A stretch of DNA of 32,000 bases from NCBI RefSeq assembly GCF_003324675.1, contig NZ_CP030918.1:3060001-3092000 (forward strand), in the 5' to 3' direction. The notes beneath the pieces are model-generated. The model was not told the origin of the DNA and ran no database searches. It worked only from the letters and a program-made list of their open reading frames with translations. Positions 14,530 to 24,060 of the stretch are shown here, piece by piece (within the stretch, counting starts at the first letter, position 1; every line of letters begins with the position of its first letter). This DNA is from Paracoccus suum. GTDB lineage: Bacteria; Pseudomonadota; Alphaproteobacteria; Rhodobacterales; Rhodobacteraceae. Position numbers and translations under genes: made by a program.

Positions 14530-15606
14530 TCAGCCGATCTTGCAGCCCCAGAAGGACGTGTGGTCGGCGGCGAAATACCCGTCCGCGACCCGGAAATATC
14601 CCTGCAGCTCCACGGTATCGCCCACGGTGAGCGGCACCACGGTCTGAAGCCAGATCGCGGTGGCGAGCGAGACGTGGGTGGCGGAGATTTCGCCGAGGGA
14701 GCCGCGGATTTCCGTCGTGCCATTCAGGACGAGCCGTCCGCGCATGCGGGCCGTCGCGCTGGCGTTGATCTTGTAGAGCAGCGTCGCGCCGAAGAGGTAG
14801 GTGCCGTCCACGGGGGCGACGAAGTGGTTGTTCGCGGCGTCGAACGCGCCCTGGTCGTTGTAGTCGGTGTTGTTGAGGCCGATCTTCGTCCAGGTTCCGA
14901 CGCCGACATAGTTGTCGTAGTTCGTGTACGCCTTGAAGCGGGGCAGCCGGGGCTGATCGACGATGCCGGTGGCGTTGTCGACGCTGAGCCCGTCGAAGAA
15001 GGTGCTGCCGTCGGCCGAGACTGCGAGGCGGAAGCGGTCGGAACCGAACAGCCCAACCAGCGCCTTGGTCACGAAGTCGGTCTGCAGGGTCAGCCCGAGA
15101 TCGTCACCCGCAGCCTCCTTGTTCATGGTGTAAAACAGATCGCCGGTGCCACCCTCGGCGACGGTCTTCGCCGTCCAGAGTGCGGCGTTAAGCTTGGCCG
15201 AGAACGGGTTCGACCCATCCGCCGTGGTGCCGAGCCCCAGCAGCGCAAGATTCTGCAGCGCGTTTGGCGTGGTGCCGACCCAGCCAGCGCCGTCGTAGAC
15301 CAGCAGCAGGCCCTCGTCCTCGACCCACGCCCGCCAGCCGGTGCGCGGCGGCAGGTGCAGCCAGGCGCCATCGGTCCAGAGCGCGACGTTCAGGTCCCAG
15401 CCGGCCCAATCGCCCGTCGCGCCCGAGGCGACGATGTAGCGGTCGCCATCGGTGGGGCTTCCGGGCGGACTGGTCAGGTCCCGATCGAGGGTCGAGAGCT
15501 GGACGAGCCCGTCGAGGATCCTCAGCGCCTCGTTGTGGGTGACATGCTTCTGGGCCTGCGCCGCGAGGATGTAGGGCAGCAGGAGATGGATCGTGGCGTC
15601 GGACAT
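14530..15606 (-). CDS. Tail fibre / receptor-binding candidate: DUF2793-like N-terminus plus a C1q/TNF-like jelly-roll C-terminus
   Basis: 358 aa, directly after the g15-like gene. The N-terminus LPYILAAQAQKHVTHNEALRILDGLVQL...GDRYIV...GAW resembles the DUF2793 pattern seen in GTA/phage fibre proteins. The C-terminus GTYLFGATLLYK...GRLVLNGT...TVGDTVELQGYF resembles C1q globular heads. Confidence 0.7.
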   Translation of the reverse strand: MSDATIHLLLPYILAAQAQKHVTHNEALRILDGLVQLSTLDRDLTSPPGSPTDGDRYIVASGATGDWAGWDLNVALWTDGAWLHLPPRTGWRAWVEDEGLLLVYDGAGWVGTTPNALQNLALLGLGTTADGSNPFSAKLNAALWTAKTVAEGGTGDLFYTMNKEAAGDDLGLTLQTDFVTKALVGLFGSDRFRLAVSADGSTFFDGLSVDNATGIVDQPRLPRFKAYTNYDNYVGVGTWTKIGLNNTDYNDQGAFDAANNHFVAPVDGTYLFGATLLYKINASATARMRGRLVLNGTTEIRGSLGEISATHVSLATAIWLQTVVPLTVGDTVELQGYFRVADGYFAADHTSFWGCKIG

Positions 15607-15617
15607 GGGAAAGGCCT

Positions 15618-18600
15618 TCAGAACAAGAGCGTGGCGGTCTTGGGCGCGCCCCGCCCGACGAGGGCGGAGAGCTGGTAGATGCGAATGTCGAGCGTGTCGC
15701 CGGGGTCGAGCGGACCGCCCCAATCGGCGGTCTGCTGGGCGGCCGTGTAGACCGCGCTGGTCGTGGTCGCGCTCAGCACCCGCTTCACAGCAAAGCCGTC
15801 GAGGATCTCGATCTCATAGGCTTCCAGTTCCTCGGCCAGCGGCACCTCGAGCCCGCCCCAACTGTCGGCTGCGAGCGCGCGGGACCGGCGTGTCCAGCGG
15901 ATGGTCAGGTCGCCGGGCGCGCGAGGCCTGCGCCACGGCTGCTCGACATGCGCGACCGAGAACGGCCGCAGCCCCACGCCCTCAGGCGTGAAGGTCTGCC
16001 CCACATAGGTCTCGTCGCTGATCGGGCGGCTCGCCGGGCCGATACGCCAGTTCCACGGAATGCCGAGATCGGCCTCGGCGATCGGCAGGGACGCCAGCGC
16101 AGTGTCCAGCACGACGACCCGCACGCCTGCCGGAGCCGGATTGCCCATTGCACCCTCGGTGCCGCGCTGCCCCCGCAGCAAGCGGGTCAGCCGATACCGG
16201 CCGGGCGCCAGAAGCTCCGCGGCGCTCGCCTGCACGATTTCCCAGACGCCGGGCGCACTCTCGATCGCGAGCGCGTTCGCCCCGCCGAACAGGGTCAGGT
16301 CGGTGACGCTCTCCAGCGTGCCGGTCAACAGGTCGACGACCAGCGCATTGCCGAGGTCGAAGCGCGACGTCGGTCCCGCGAAGAAGTCGGAGACCAGCGT
16401 GCCGAGCCGAGCCCGCGTTCCGAAGGTGGTCAGCAACTCGAAGCCATCGGTCGAGGGACTGCGGAACACCGCCATCTCCCCGGGCCACGGAACCGCGTGC
16501 GCCGCCGCAAATGGCCGATGTGCCGGTTGGTCCTCGGTCAGCTGCGGCAGATCCATCAGCACTGCATCCGGCGCGCCGAACACGACCGCGCGGGTCAGCG
16601 AGGCTGCGCGGGGATCGCCGGGCGGCAGGTCGTAGGTCGCGCGATCCTGGCGGACCGCCTCGATCCCGCGCGCCTCGGCGTCAGCGATGGAGACGAGCCG
16701 CAGATCGACCAGCCGCCCGTCATGGGCGAGCCGGATCGCGTCGGCCGGATCGAGCGCGAGGCGCGAGGGCGGCAGACGGAACGCCGCCGTCTCGCGCCCC
16801 ACCCACGCCTCCATCAGCGCGCGGCGGCAGCGCCGCTCGGCCTCCTCGGGTGGCACCGCCATGGGGAAGGACTCGGAGGCGATCCGGGTCGTGTCCACGG
16901 TGATGCGCCGCGCCTCGACGAGGGCCGCGTCGTAATCCTCGTCGGCGCGCGCGACCTGCCACTTCAGCGCCTGCGGCAGTTCGGTCTCCTGGCCGCGCGT
17001 CAGTTCCAGCACGTCGCCCTCGCGGGCCGCCACCAGCTCGTCGGGCGCGAGGGTGGCGACGGAGGCCCGGCCGCGCATGACGAAGCGGATCACGCCCTCG
17101 GTCTCGACAGCGTCGAAGCCGAAATGCCGCGACAGCGTGGTGATCGAGGCGCGCGGGCTTTCCAGGGCGGTGATGGCGTAGCCTTCGACCGCGCCCCAGA
17201 GCCCGGTGACGTCGACCCTCGCCTCGGGCAGCCCGGCGCGCAGGCAGAGGTGGCGGACGAGGGCCGCGAGCGACACCGCACCAAGCCGCCGGGTCAGCCA
17301 GTGGCCCAGCCGCCAGTTCGCGCCGTCCGTCCAGACGTCGGTCAGCGCCGGAAAGAACGGGTACGGCCGCGCGTCCCAGGTCCAGGCGGCGCATTCGGGG
17401 ACGTGTACCATTCGGCCGCCGTAGACCGAGGACAGCGGGTTGTTCGCGGCATCGCCCCACCAGAGACACGTCGCCTCGAGATAGGCGCGCTGGATCGCGT
17501 CGTCGCGCCAGCCCCGCGAGAAATGCGGCGTGAAGCTCTCGGACGACTTCGGGTCGAAGAAGACGTTCGGCTGGTTGGTGCCCCGGTCGATGGCGGGACA
17601 GCCGAGCTCGGTGAACCAGATGGGCTTGGACTGCGGCGCCCACGCCGTCGCCGTCCCGCTCTCTACGCCACCGGGGCGGTTGTAGTGCGCGTTCGACCAC
17701 CAGGCGCGCAGATCCTTGTAGCGGAAGACCCACGGCTTGCTGGCCGCGCCGTCGGCGATCGGAGTGCGCACCTGCGCGGATCTGTCGACCGCGCTGGCAT
17801 AGAACCAGTCGAAGCCTTCTCCGCCCGCGATGTTCCCCTGCAGGTAGGCGCGGTCGTAGATTGCGGGCCAGCCTTCTGCCGCGTCCGCATGCTCGAACCC
17901 GTCGCGCCAGTCCGAGAGCGGCATGTAGTTGTCGATCCCGACGAAATCGATCTCCGGATCGGCCCACAGCGGATCGAGGTGGAAGAACACGTCGCCGCTG
18001 CCGTCGCCCGGCTGGTGCCCGAAGTATTCCGACCAGTCGGCGGCATAGCCGATCTTCGTCCCCGACCCGAGGATCGAGCGAACATCCGCGAGCAGATCCC
18101 GATAGGCCTGCACGGCGGGATAAGTGCTGGCGCCCGAGCGGATTGTCGTCAGCCCCGGCATCTCGGTGCCGATCAGGAAGGCATCGACCCCGCCCGCCGC
18201 GGCACAGAGATGGGCGTAGTGCAGCACCATCCGGCGCAGACCCCAGTCGCCGGATGGTCCGGTCCACGATACCGACTGACCCGAGACGCTGAAGCTGGCG
18301 GGGGTGGCCGCGCCGAACAGCGCCGCGACCTGGCTTGCCGCCGTGGCGGTCTTGTCCACGGTCCCGGCGTAGCCCGCCGCGGGCGAACAGGTGATCCGGC
18401 CGCGCCAGGGGAAGGCAGGCTGGCCCGTCTCCGCGGCGTTGTCGGAATACGGGTTCGGCAGCGTATTGCCGGGCGGCACGTCCATCAGGATGAAGGGATA
18501 GAAGGTGACCCGAAGCCCGCGCGCCTTCATCTCCTGGATCGCCTGTACGACGGCGAAGTCGGACGGCGTGCCGCCATAGACGGGACGGTCCTGGTCGTCG

Positions 18601-19583
18601 CGGCTGACGAGGAAAGCATCGGCGCGGCTGACGCCGTTCACCGACCAAGTGGCAGGCGTGGTCGACTTGGCCGACACCTCGACGCCCGGCCGCACCTTGC
18701 AGGATCCCGCGCGCAGATCATCGCCGAACCACGCCACCACGAGGCTGACGCTCTCGACCGCAGGCGCCATCGCCTGCAGCCGGTCGAGCGCCTCCACCAT
18801 GTCCGTGGAGTCGGCCAGCGCGTTCAGGTTCTCGGGCACCGTCGCGCCGCCGCTACCCTTGCGAATGGCGTCGGTGGCATAGGTGAACTCGCCCGAGGCC
18901 GGGATCAGGGTGACGGCGCGGGTCAGCCCCTCGGCGGTGTCGGGATCGGCGAGCGGGCGGAAGACCTCGAAGGACAGCTGCGGCAGCCGGTTGCCATAGG
19001 TCGAGAGCGCTAGTTCCTCGAAGACCACATAGGCCGTGCCGCGATAGGCCGGCGTGCTGGCCGCGCCCATCTTCGCCGCGATGAACGGGTCCGCAGTCTG
19101 CGTCTCGTCGCCGGGATACCAGCGCCAGGTGACGCCGGAGAGGTCCATCGGCTTGCCGTCGGCCCAGATGCGGCCGATGCCGGTGATCGGGCCCTCGCAG
19201 AGCGCCACGGCGAAGCTGGCGTAGTACAGATACTCGGTCGTCTTGACCTTGCCGCCCCCGCCACCCTTGCCGCCGCCCTGCGTTGTGGTCTTCGTCTCCT
19301 CGCGGAAATCGGTCGCCCAGATGATGTTGCCGCCCATGCGCATCCGGCCATAGAGCCGCGGAATCACCGCGCCCTCGGTGGCCGAGGTGATGCGCAGCGT
19401 GTCGAGCCGCGCACCCTCGATGCGTTGCGTCGGCGCCAGCGACGAGATGATCCAGCTGTCGACGACCGAGCCGATGCTCGAGCCGATGAAGCCGCCGATG
19501 GTGGCGGCGCTGACGCCGAGGATCGCGCCGCCGATGCTGCCGCCAATGGCGGCGCCGGCTGCGCCGAGGACAAGCGTGGCCAT
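15618..19583 (-). CDS. RcGTA g15-like host-specificity / central tail fibre protein (lambda gpJ analogue)
   Basis: 1321 aa. Gly-rich hydrophobic N-terminus (MATLVLGAAGAAIGGSIGGAILG), then RIEGARLDTLRITSATEGAVIPRLYGRMRMGGNIIWATDF and a central glycoside-hydrolase-like TIM-barrel region, typical of RcGTA ORFg15 homologues. Position follows the g14-like gene. Confidence 0.9.
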   Translation of the reverse strand: MATLVLGAAGAAIGGSIGGAILGVSAATIGGFIGSSIGSVVDSWIISSLAPTQRIEGARLDTLRITSATEGAVIPRLYGRMRMGGNIIWATDFREETKTTTQGGGKGGGGGKVKTTEYLYYASFAVALCEGPITGIGRIWADGKPMDLSGVTWRWYPGDETQTADPFIAAKMGAASTPAYRGTAYVVFEELALSTYGNRLPQLSFEVFRPLADPDTAEGLTRAVTLIPASGEFTYATDAIRKGSGGATVPENLNALADSTDMVEALDRLQAMAPAVESVSLVVAWFGDDLRAGSCKVRPGVEVSAKSTTPATWSVNGVSRADAFLVSRDDQDRPVYGGTPSDFAVVQAIQEMKARGLRVTFYPFILMDVPPGNTLPNPYSDNAAETGQPAFPWRGRITCSPAAGYAGTVDKTATAASQVAALFGAATPASFSVSGQSVSWTGPSGDWGLRRMVLHYAHLCAAAGGVDAFLIGTEMPGLTTIRSGASTYPAVQAYRDLLADVRSILGSGTKIGYAADWSEYFGHQPGDGSGDVFFHLDPLWADPEIDFVGIDNYMPLSDWRDGFEHADAAEGWPAIYDRAYLQGNIAGGEGFDWFYASAVDRSAQVRTPIADGAASKPWVFRYKDLRAWWSNAHYNRPGGVESGTATAWAPQSKPIWFTELGCPAIDRGTNQPNVFFDPKSSESFTPHFSRGWRDDAIQRAYLEATCLWWGDAANNPLSSVYGGRMVHVPECAAWTWDARPYPFFPALTDVWTDGANWRLGHWLTRRLGAVSLAALVRHLCLRAGLPEARVDVTGLWGAVEGYAITALESPRASITTLSRHFGFDAVETEGVIRFVMRGRASVATLAPDELVAAREGDVLELTRGQETELPQALKWQVARADEDYDAALVEARRITVDTTRIASESFPMAVPPEEAERRCRRALMEAWVGRETAAFRLPPSRLALDPADAIRLAHDGRLVDLRLVSIADAEARGIEAVRQDRATYDLPPGDPRAASLTRAVVFGAPDAVLMDLPQLTEDQPAHRPFAAAHAVPWPGEMAVFRSPSTDGFELLTTFGTRARLGTLVSDFFAGPTSRFDLGNALVVDLLTGTLESVTDLTLFGGANALAIESAPGVWEIVQASAAELLAPGRYRLTRLLRGQRGTEGAMGNPAPAGVRVVVLDTALASLPIAEADLGIPWNWRIGPASRPISDETYVGQTFTPEGVGLRPFSVAHVEQPWRRPRAPGDLTIRWTRRSRALAADSWGGLEVPLAEELEAYEIEILDGFAVKRVLSATTTSAVYTAAQQTADWGGPLDPGDTLDIRIYQLSALVGRGAPKTATLLF

Positions 19584-19592
19584 GTCGGGGTC

Positions 19593-20039
19593 TCAGCGTT
19601 GCGGGAACAGGAAGGCGAAGGCGATGCGCCGCCGCCATGACGGGGTGAGCGGCTCCTCGATCACGCCGAGCCGTTCATAGGCGTGAAGGAAGGTGTCGGG
19701 CCCGGTGAGGATCCCGACATGCTTCGCGATGGCACGCGGCTTCATGCGGAAGAGGACCAGCGTTCCGGGACCGGCCTCCGCCGGGTCCACCTCGATCATC
19801 ATGCGCCGCGCGCCCTCGGCCAGCACCTCGCGCGGACCGGTCTCGCCCCAGTCGCGGCTGTAGGCAGGGATCGGGAACGGCTCGGGGCCGACGACCTCGC
19901 GCCAGACGCCCCGCGCCAGCCCGAGGCAATCGCAGCCGACTCCGCGCAAGCTGGCCTGGTCGTGGTAGGGTGTGCCCAGCCAGGAGCGTGCGATGGTGAT
20001 GACGCGCGCGGGGTCGGCTGATGCGAGAGGTTGCGTCAC
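19593..20039 (-). CDS. NlpC/P60-family cell-wall peptidase (RcGTA g14-like, lambda gpK analogue)
   Basis: 148 aa. WLGTPYHDQASLRGVGCDCLGLARGVW holds the catalytic Cys and AKHVGIL the His. GTG start in a GTGA overlap with the g13-like stop. Confidence 0.9.
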   Translation of the reverse strand: MTQPLASADPARVITIARSWLGTPYHDQASLRGVGCDCLGLARGVWREVVGPEPFPIPAYSRDWGETGPREVLAEGARRMMIEVDPAEAGPGTLVLFRMKPRAIAKHVGILTGPDTFLHAYERLGVIEEPLTPSWRRRIAFAFLFPQR

Positions 20040-20920
20040 AGCACGCCTCCCTCGTGTCCGCCATCCTTGGTGGCATAGCGCAGCACGGCGTCCTGGCCGG
20101 GGATGTGCGGGAAGCCGCGGAAGTTGGGGGTGTTCGCGAACTTGGCGCCGCAGGTCTCCATGCGCTTGTCGCAGCCCGCACGGATGGTGAAGCCGTCGTC
20201 CTCGGCGATGGACCGCACCGGCGCCTCCAGCAGGGTCAGGATCGCCACGCCGTCGGTCACCTCATGGCCCAGCACCTCGGTGCGCCGCCCCGCGTTCGCA
20301 CCGTTCGTCCAGTCCAGCGTGCCGAAGGTGAACCAGCCGGAGGCGAACCCGCCGAGCCCCGAGGCGGTGAAGGCCCGGTCGCGCAGCAGATCGATGACGC
20401 TACCAGTGCCCTTGAAGGCGGGATCCTCCAGATCGACCTCGCAGCGCGCATCTCCGAGCGCGGCGTCGCAGCTCGCCTGGAAGGTCCGCCCGACCGTCTG
20501 GCCCAGCACATGGGCGAGCGATCGGACCTCCGCGACGAAGGCCAGCCGGCCGCGCCGGATCTGGCCGATGGCCCCGCGGCGCATCAGCACGCGCTGGCTG
20601 GTGTCGGCCCAGTTCGCCCGCCAGACCTCGACCTCGGCGTTGTCCCAGCGGCCGTCGAGGATGTCGGTCTCGGTGATCCGGTCGGAGGTCAGCACGCCCT
20701 CGGCGTCCTGCGCATCGACCGACAGGTCCGAGCCCGAGCGGACCTCGGAGGCCGTCAATCCGCTCTCGGGCTCGAAACCGGTCCCATCGAAGGCGAGCGT
20801 CCGGTCGTGGTCGGTGAAGCCGAAGGTGACGGCGTCGGCGCGGCTGATGCGCCAGCACCAGGCGAGCGTCGTCGTGCCGTCGTCGAGATGGGCCTGCAGT
20901 GAGGGGTCGAGGGTCTTCAT
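20036..20920 (-). CDS. RcGTA g13-like tail hub protein (DUF2163 plus BR0599-type C-terminal domain, lambda gpL analogue)
   Basis: 294 aa. LQAHLDDGTTTLAWCWRISRADAVTFGFTDHDRTLAFDG... and the C-terminal CDKRMETCGAKFANTPNFRGFPHIPG motif are typical of this family. Confidence 0.9.
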   Translation of the reverse strand: MKTLDPSLQAHLDDGTTTLAWCWRISRADAVTFGFTDHDRTLAFDGTGFEPESGLTASEVRSGSDLSVDAQDAEGVLTSDRITETDILDGRWDNAEVEVWRANWADTSQRVLMRRGAIGQIRRGRLAFVAEVRSLAHVLGQTVGRTFQASCDAALGDARCEVDLEDPAFKGTGSVIDLLRDRAFTASGLGGFASGWFTFGTLDWTNGANAGRRTEVLGHEVTDGVAILTLLEAPVRSIAEDDGFTIRAGCDKRMETCGAKFANTPNFRGFPHIPGQDAVLRYATKDGGHEGGVL

Positions 20921-21543
20921 CGGCGCAGTTCCAGCAGCGGAATGGAGGTGATCGAGCCGAGCCGCTCGAGGTCGAGCGTTACATCAAGCGCATCGGTGTC
21001 GAAGCGGACCGGCACGTCGAAGGCGAAGCCCGCGGTGATGGCGACGCCCTCGGCTGGCGCAGTGGCGAAGGTCACCACGCCGGTGGTCGTGTCGACGGAC
21101 CAGCCGCCGAGCTGCTCTGCGCCATCGAGGGCGATCCGGACCGTGCCGGCGACCGGCTTGGTGATCGCACGCACCCATGTCTGACTGCCTGAGGCGTAGC
21201 GCTTCACCAGCTGGAACGCAGTGGTGATGCCGTCGCCGGTGCCGATCGCCTGGTCCGTCGGCCCCGGCGTGGCGGACGGCAGGCAGGATTTGTGATCTGC
21301 CCAGTCCTTGAAGCGGAAGCCATGAAGCCGCCCGTTGCGGGCTTCGAAGAAGGCGACGACCGCCGCCAGATCGTCAGCACGGCGGATGCCGTAGGCGACA
21401 TCGTAGCGTCGGCGGGAGTTCGCCCAGCTGGCGTTGCGCTCCTCGTCGCCCGAGGCCAGCTCGACGATTTGGGTGCGCCGCTCCGGTCCGCCGCGCGCAC
21501 CGCGGCTGATGTCATCCGGAAACCGGACCTCGTGAAACGCCAT
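20917..21543 (-). CDS. RcGTA g12-like distal tail protein (DUF2460 / TIGR02217-like, lambda gpM analogue)
   Basis: 208 aa starting MAFHEVRFPDDISRGARGGPERRTQIVELASGDEERNASW, the conserved N-terminus of this family. GGAGAGGA RBS. ATGA overlap with g13-like. Confidence 0.9.
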   Translation of the reverse strand: MAFHEVRFPDDISRGARGGPERRTQIVELASGDEERNASWANSRRRYDVAYGIRRADDLAAVVAFFEARNGRLHGFRFKDWADHKSCLPSATPGPTDQAIGTGDGITTAFQLVKRYASGSQTWVRAITKPVAGTVRIALDGAEQLGGWSVDTTTGVVTFATAPAEGVAITAGFAFDVPVRFDTDALDVTLDLERLGSITSIPLLELRR

Positions 21544-21592
21544 CAATCCTCTCCGAGATACGTGCCGCGCAGTCCTGTCTGCGGCGTCGGGC

Positions 21593-24016
21593 TCACATGC
21601 CCCTTCGCCCGAGCGAAACTGCGCGGGCGATATCGGCCGCGATCTGTGTGCGGGATTGGCGGAAGCTCTCGGCATCCCGCGCGTTGATCGTGACATTGAC
21701 CGTAGGCGCGCTTGCGCCGCCGTAACCGGCGGCCTCACGACGGGAGAGCACGCGCTCGCCGCGCTGCAGGATTGCCGGAACCTCGTCGGGCCTGAGGCCT
21801 GCCCAACCGCCATTGTGCATGCGCGGCGCCCCGGCGAAGGCCAGCGTCGGGACCATGCGGCCGGGGCCCGGTGCGCCGACCACCCCGCCGGCATGCAGGA
21901 CGTCGGCAAAAATGCCCTCAGCGCCGCCGAGCGCGCCGGAGAGCGCATTGGCGATCGGTCCGAGGATGAAGCGCCGCGCCGCGAGCTTCGCCAGATCGGC
22001 GATCAGCGAGGTGACAAGGTCGCGGAAGCTCAGCTTGCCGGTCTTCACGAACTCGCCGATGGCGTTCTCGGCGCCCTGAAATGCTCCGACCAGCGCAGTG
22101 CCGATATCGCCGCCGATGTCGCGCGCCTTGGCGGCGTAATCGGCAAGCGTGGCGCTGACGGCGGCCCAGCCGGTGACGGCCGTTTCCGCCCCCGCAGCCG
22201 CTTCCGCCCCGGCCTGGCGCCCGGCGGCGCCGGCGCGACCCGCGGCACCGGTGGCGCCGTCCAACGCATGGCCCAACTCGAGGGCGCCGCCCGCCGCATC
22301 ATCGAGCGCACCCCCGGCATCATCGTCAACGCCGGTCACCGCATCCTTCAGCGCCTGCCAGCTGGCCATCGGCCGCGACGCGGCATCGGCCAGCATGCCG
22401 GCCGCTTCGCGGTAGCCCTCGGCACGTCCGCGCGCGGCCTCGGCCATGGCCCCCAGGCCGGTGTCGGGAGCGGTGACATAGGTCTTGCCCATGGCGGCGT
22501 TGAAGGCATCGGCCGCAGCGGTGCCGGCCGCCGTCGCAGCCCCCTCGAAGGGATTCGCGACCCGCCCCAGCGCCACCGGGTCGAGCGTGCCGATCCGCAC
22601 CCCGCCGTCGCCGACCGCCCAGTCGGGCAGCAGCTCCAACGCGGCATTGAGCCCGCCGATGAAACTGTTGATCCGGGTGACGACGCCGTTCAGCATCGCC
22701 TCGACCCCGGAGATCAACCCGTTCGCGGCCTGGAAGGCGAAGTCGCCGATGGCGCCGGGCAGGCTCCCCCAGATCGCCACCGCGCCGTCATAGGCGCCCT
22801 GAAACACCGCGATGGTGCGGTCACCGAAACTGACCACCCCGGTCAAGGTGTCGTCGAGCAGGGTGAAGATCGTCGCCTTCAGCCCCTCCCAGGCGGCGCT
22901 GATGCTAGCCATCACCGCGTCGAGTCGCAGCCCCATGCGGTTCCATGCCTCCGCCGCCAGATCGGCGACGAGGCGGAAGGCCTCGCCCAGCCCGCCGACC
23001 TTCTGCACGACAGTCATCAGCTGGTAGATCAGTTCGCCCGCGAGCACGATCAGGGCGCCGATGCCGGTGCGCACGATGGCGCCGCGCAGCACGGTCAATG
23101 CGCCGGAAAGCGTCAGCGTGGCTACACGGGCAGCGAGGAAAGCCGCGACCCAGCGCCCGGCCATGAAGCCGGCGAAGGCGATGCCGATGGCGGCGAGGCG
23201 TTCCATGTTGTCGGCGACCGCGATCAGCGCCGTGGCGACCAGCGACGAGGCCCCGAACACCTGATCCCACGTCCCGACCAGCAGCATCGCGGCGTTGCCG
23301 ATCAGGGTGAAGGCGTCGCCGATGGTGGCGGGCATACCATCGGCTTCCTCGCGCAGCCGCTCGAGATTGCCGATCAGGGCGGTCTGGATCACCGCGCCGG
23401 TGATGCGGCCCTCGGCGCCCGCCTGGCGCAACCCGGTGACGGTGGTGCCGAGGTCCGCCGCGAGCAGCTGCGCGACGCGGCCACCCTGCGCGATCACGGT
23501 GTTGAGGTTGTCGCCCGAAAGCTGCCCCAAAGCCATGGCGCGGGCCAGCGCGGTCTGCACCGAGACGGCACGCTCGCCCTTGGCGCCCGAGACCACCATG
23601 GCGTTGTTCAGCGCCTCGGTGAAATCGAGGCTCTCGCGGGTGGAAAGGCCGAGTTCGCGCAGTGCGGTGGCGTTGGCCAGCCAGGACTCGGTCGTCTGCT
23701 CGATCCCGGAATAGGTCCGCCGCGCCATGGCGGCGAGGCGCTCCATCACCGCCGCCCCGCGCTCCTGCGAGCCGGTGGCGAGATCGACACGCGAGCGCAG
23801 ATCGGTCCAGCTGTCGGCATAGGCCACGATCTGCCGAACCGACAGTGCCCCGGCGACGATCCCTGCCAGGCGGCGCAGCACCGCGCCGGTGACGTCGGCC
23901 TGCCGCTCGATGCGCCTGAAGCTCGCCTCGCCGGCATCGCCCACGCCCTGGAACTCGGCCTTCACCTGCCTTCCGCCCTCGGCGACGAGGCGGACGGAGA
24001 CCTTCTTCTGAGCCAT
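21593..24016 (-). CDS. Tail tape measure protein
   Basis: 807 aa, Ala/Gly-rich helical protein with central hydrophobic segments. Lies directly downstream of the chaperone G/GT pair and upstream of the distal tail genes. N-terminal core RRTYSGIEQTTESWLANATALRELGLS. Confidence 0.9.
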   Translation of the reverse strand: MAQKKVSVRLVAEGGRQVKAEFQGVGDAGEASFRRIERQADVTGAVLRRLAGIVAGALSVRQIVAYADSWTDLRSRVDLATGSQERGAAVMERLAAMARRTYSGIEQTTESWLANATALRELGLSTRESLDFTEALNNAMVVSGAKGERAVSVQTALARAMALGQLSGDNLNTVIAQGGRVAQLLAADLGTTVTGLRQAGAEGRITGAVIQTALIGNLERLREEADGMPATIGDAFTLIGNAAMLLVGTWDQVFGASSLVATALIAVADNMERLAAIGIAFAGFMAGRWVAAFLAARVATLTLSGALTVLRGAIVRTGIGALIVLAGELIYQLMTVVQKVGGLGEAFRLVADLAAEAWNRMGLRLDAVMASISAAWEGLKATIFTLLDDTLTGVVSFGDRTIAVFQGAYDGAVAIWGSLPGAIGDFAFQAANGLISGVEAMLNGVVTRINSFIGGLNAALELLPDWAVGDGGVRIGTLDPVALGRVANPFEGAATAAGTAAADAFNAAMGKTYVTAPDTGLGAMAEAARGRAEGYREAAGMLADAASRPMASWQALKDAVTGVDDDAGGALDDAAGGALELGHALDGATGAAGRAGAAGRQAGAEAAAGAETAVTGWAAVSATLADYAAKARDIGGDIGTALVGAFQGAENAIGEFVKTGKLSFRDLVTSLIADLAKLAARRFILGPIANALSGALGGAEGIFADVLHAGGVVGAPGPGRMVPTLAFAGAPRMHNGGWAGLRPDEVPAILQRGERVLSRREAAGYGGASAPTVNVTINARDAESFRQSRTQIAADIARAVSLGRRGM

Positions 24017-24060
24017 GGATCAGTGTTCCTGACGAAGGGAACGAGGCTTGTGGGCCCGGT

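Noticed and set aside
14233-15678. 481-aa plus-strand ORF
   Set aside because: It is antisense to the fibre and small TM protein genes, with no motifs.
15948-19013. 1021-aa plus-strand ORF, together with the 642-aa minus-strand ORF 16720..18648
   Set aside because: Both are shadow or out-of-frame ORFs over the g15-like gene. That gene has family-typical sequence and is coupled to its neighbours.
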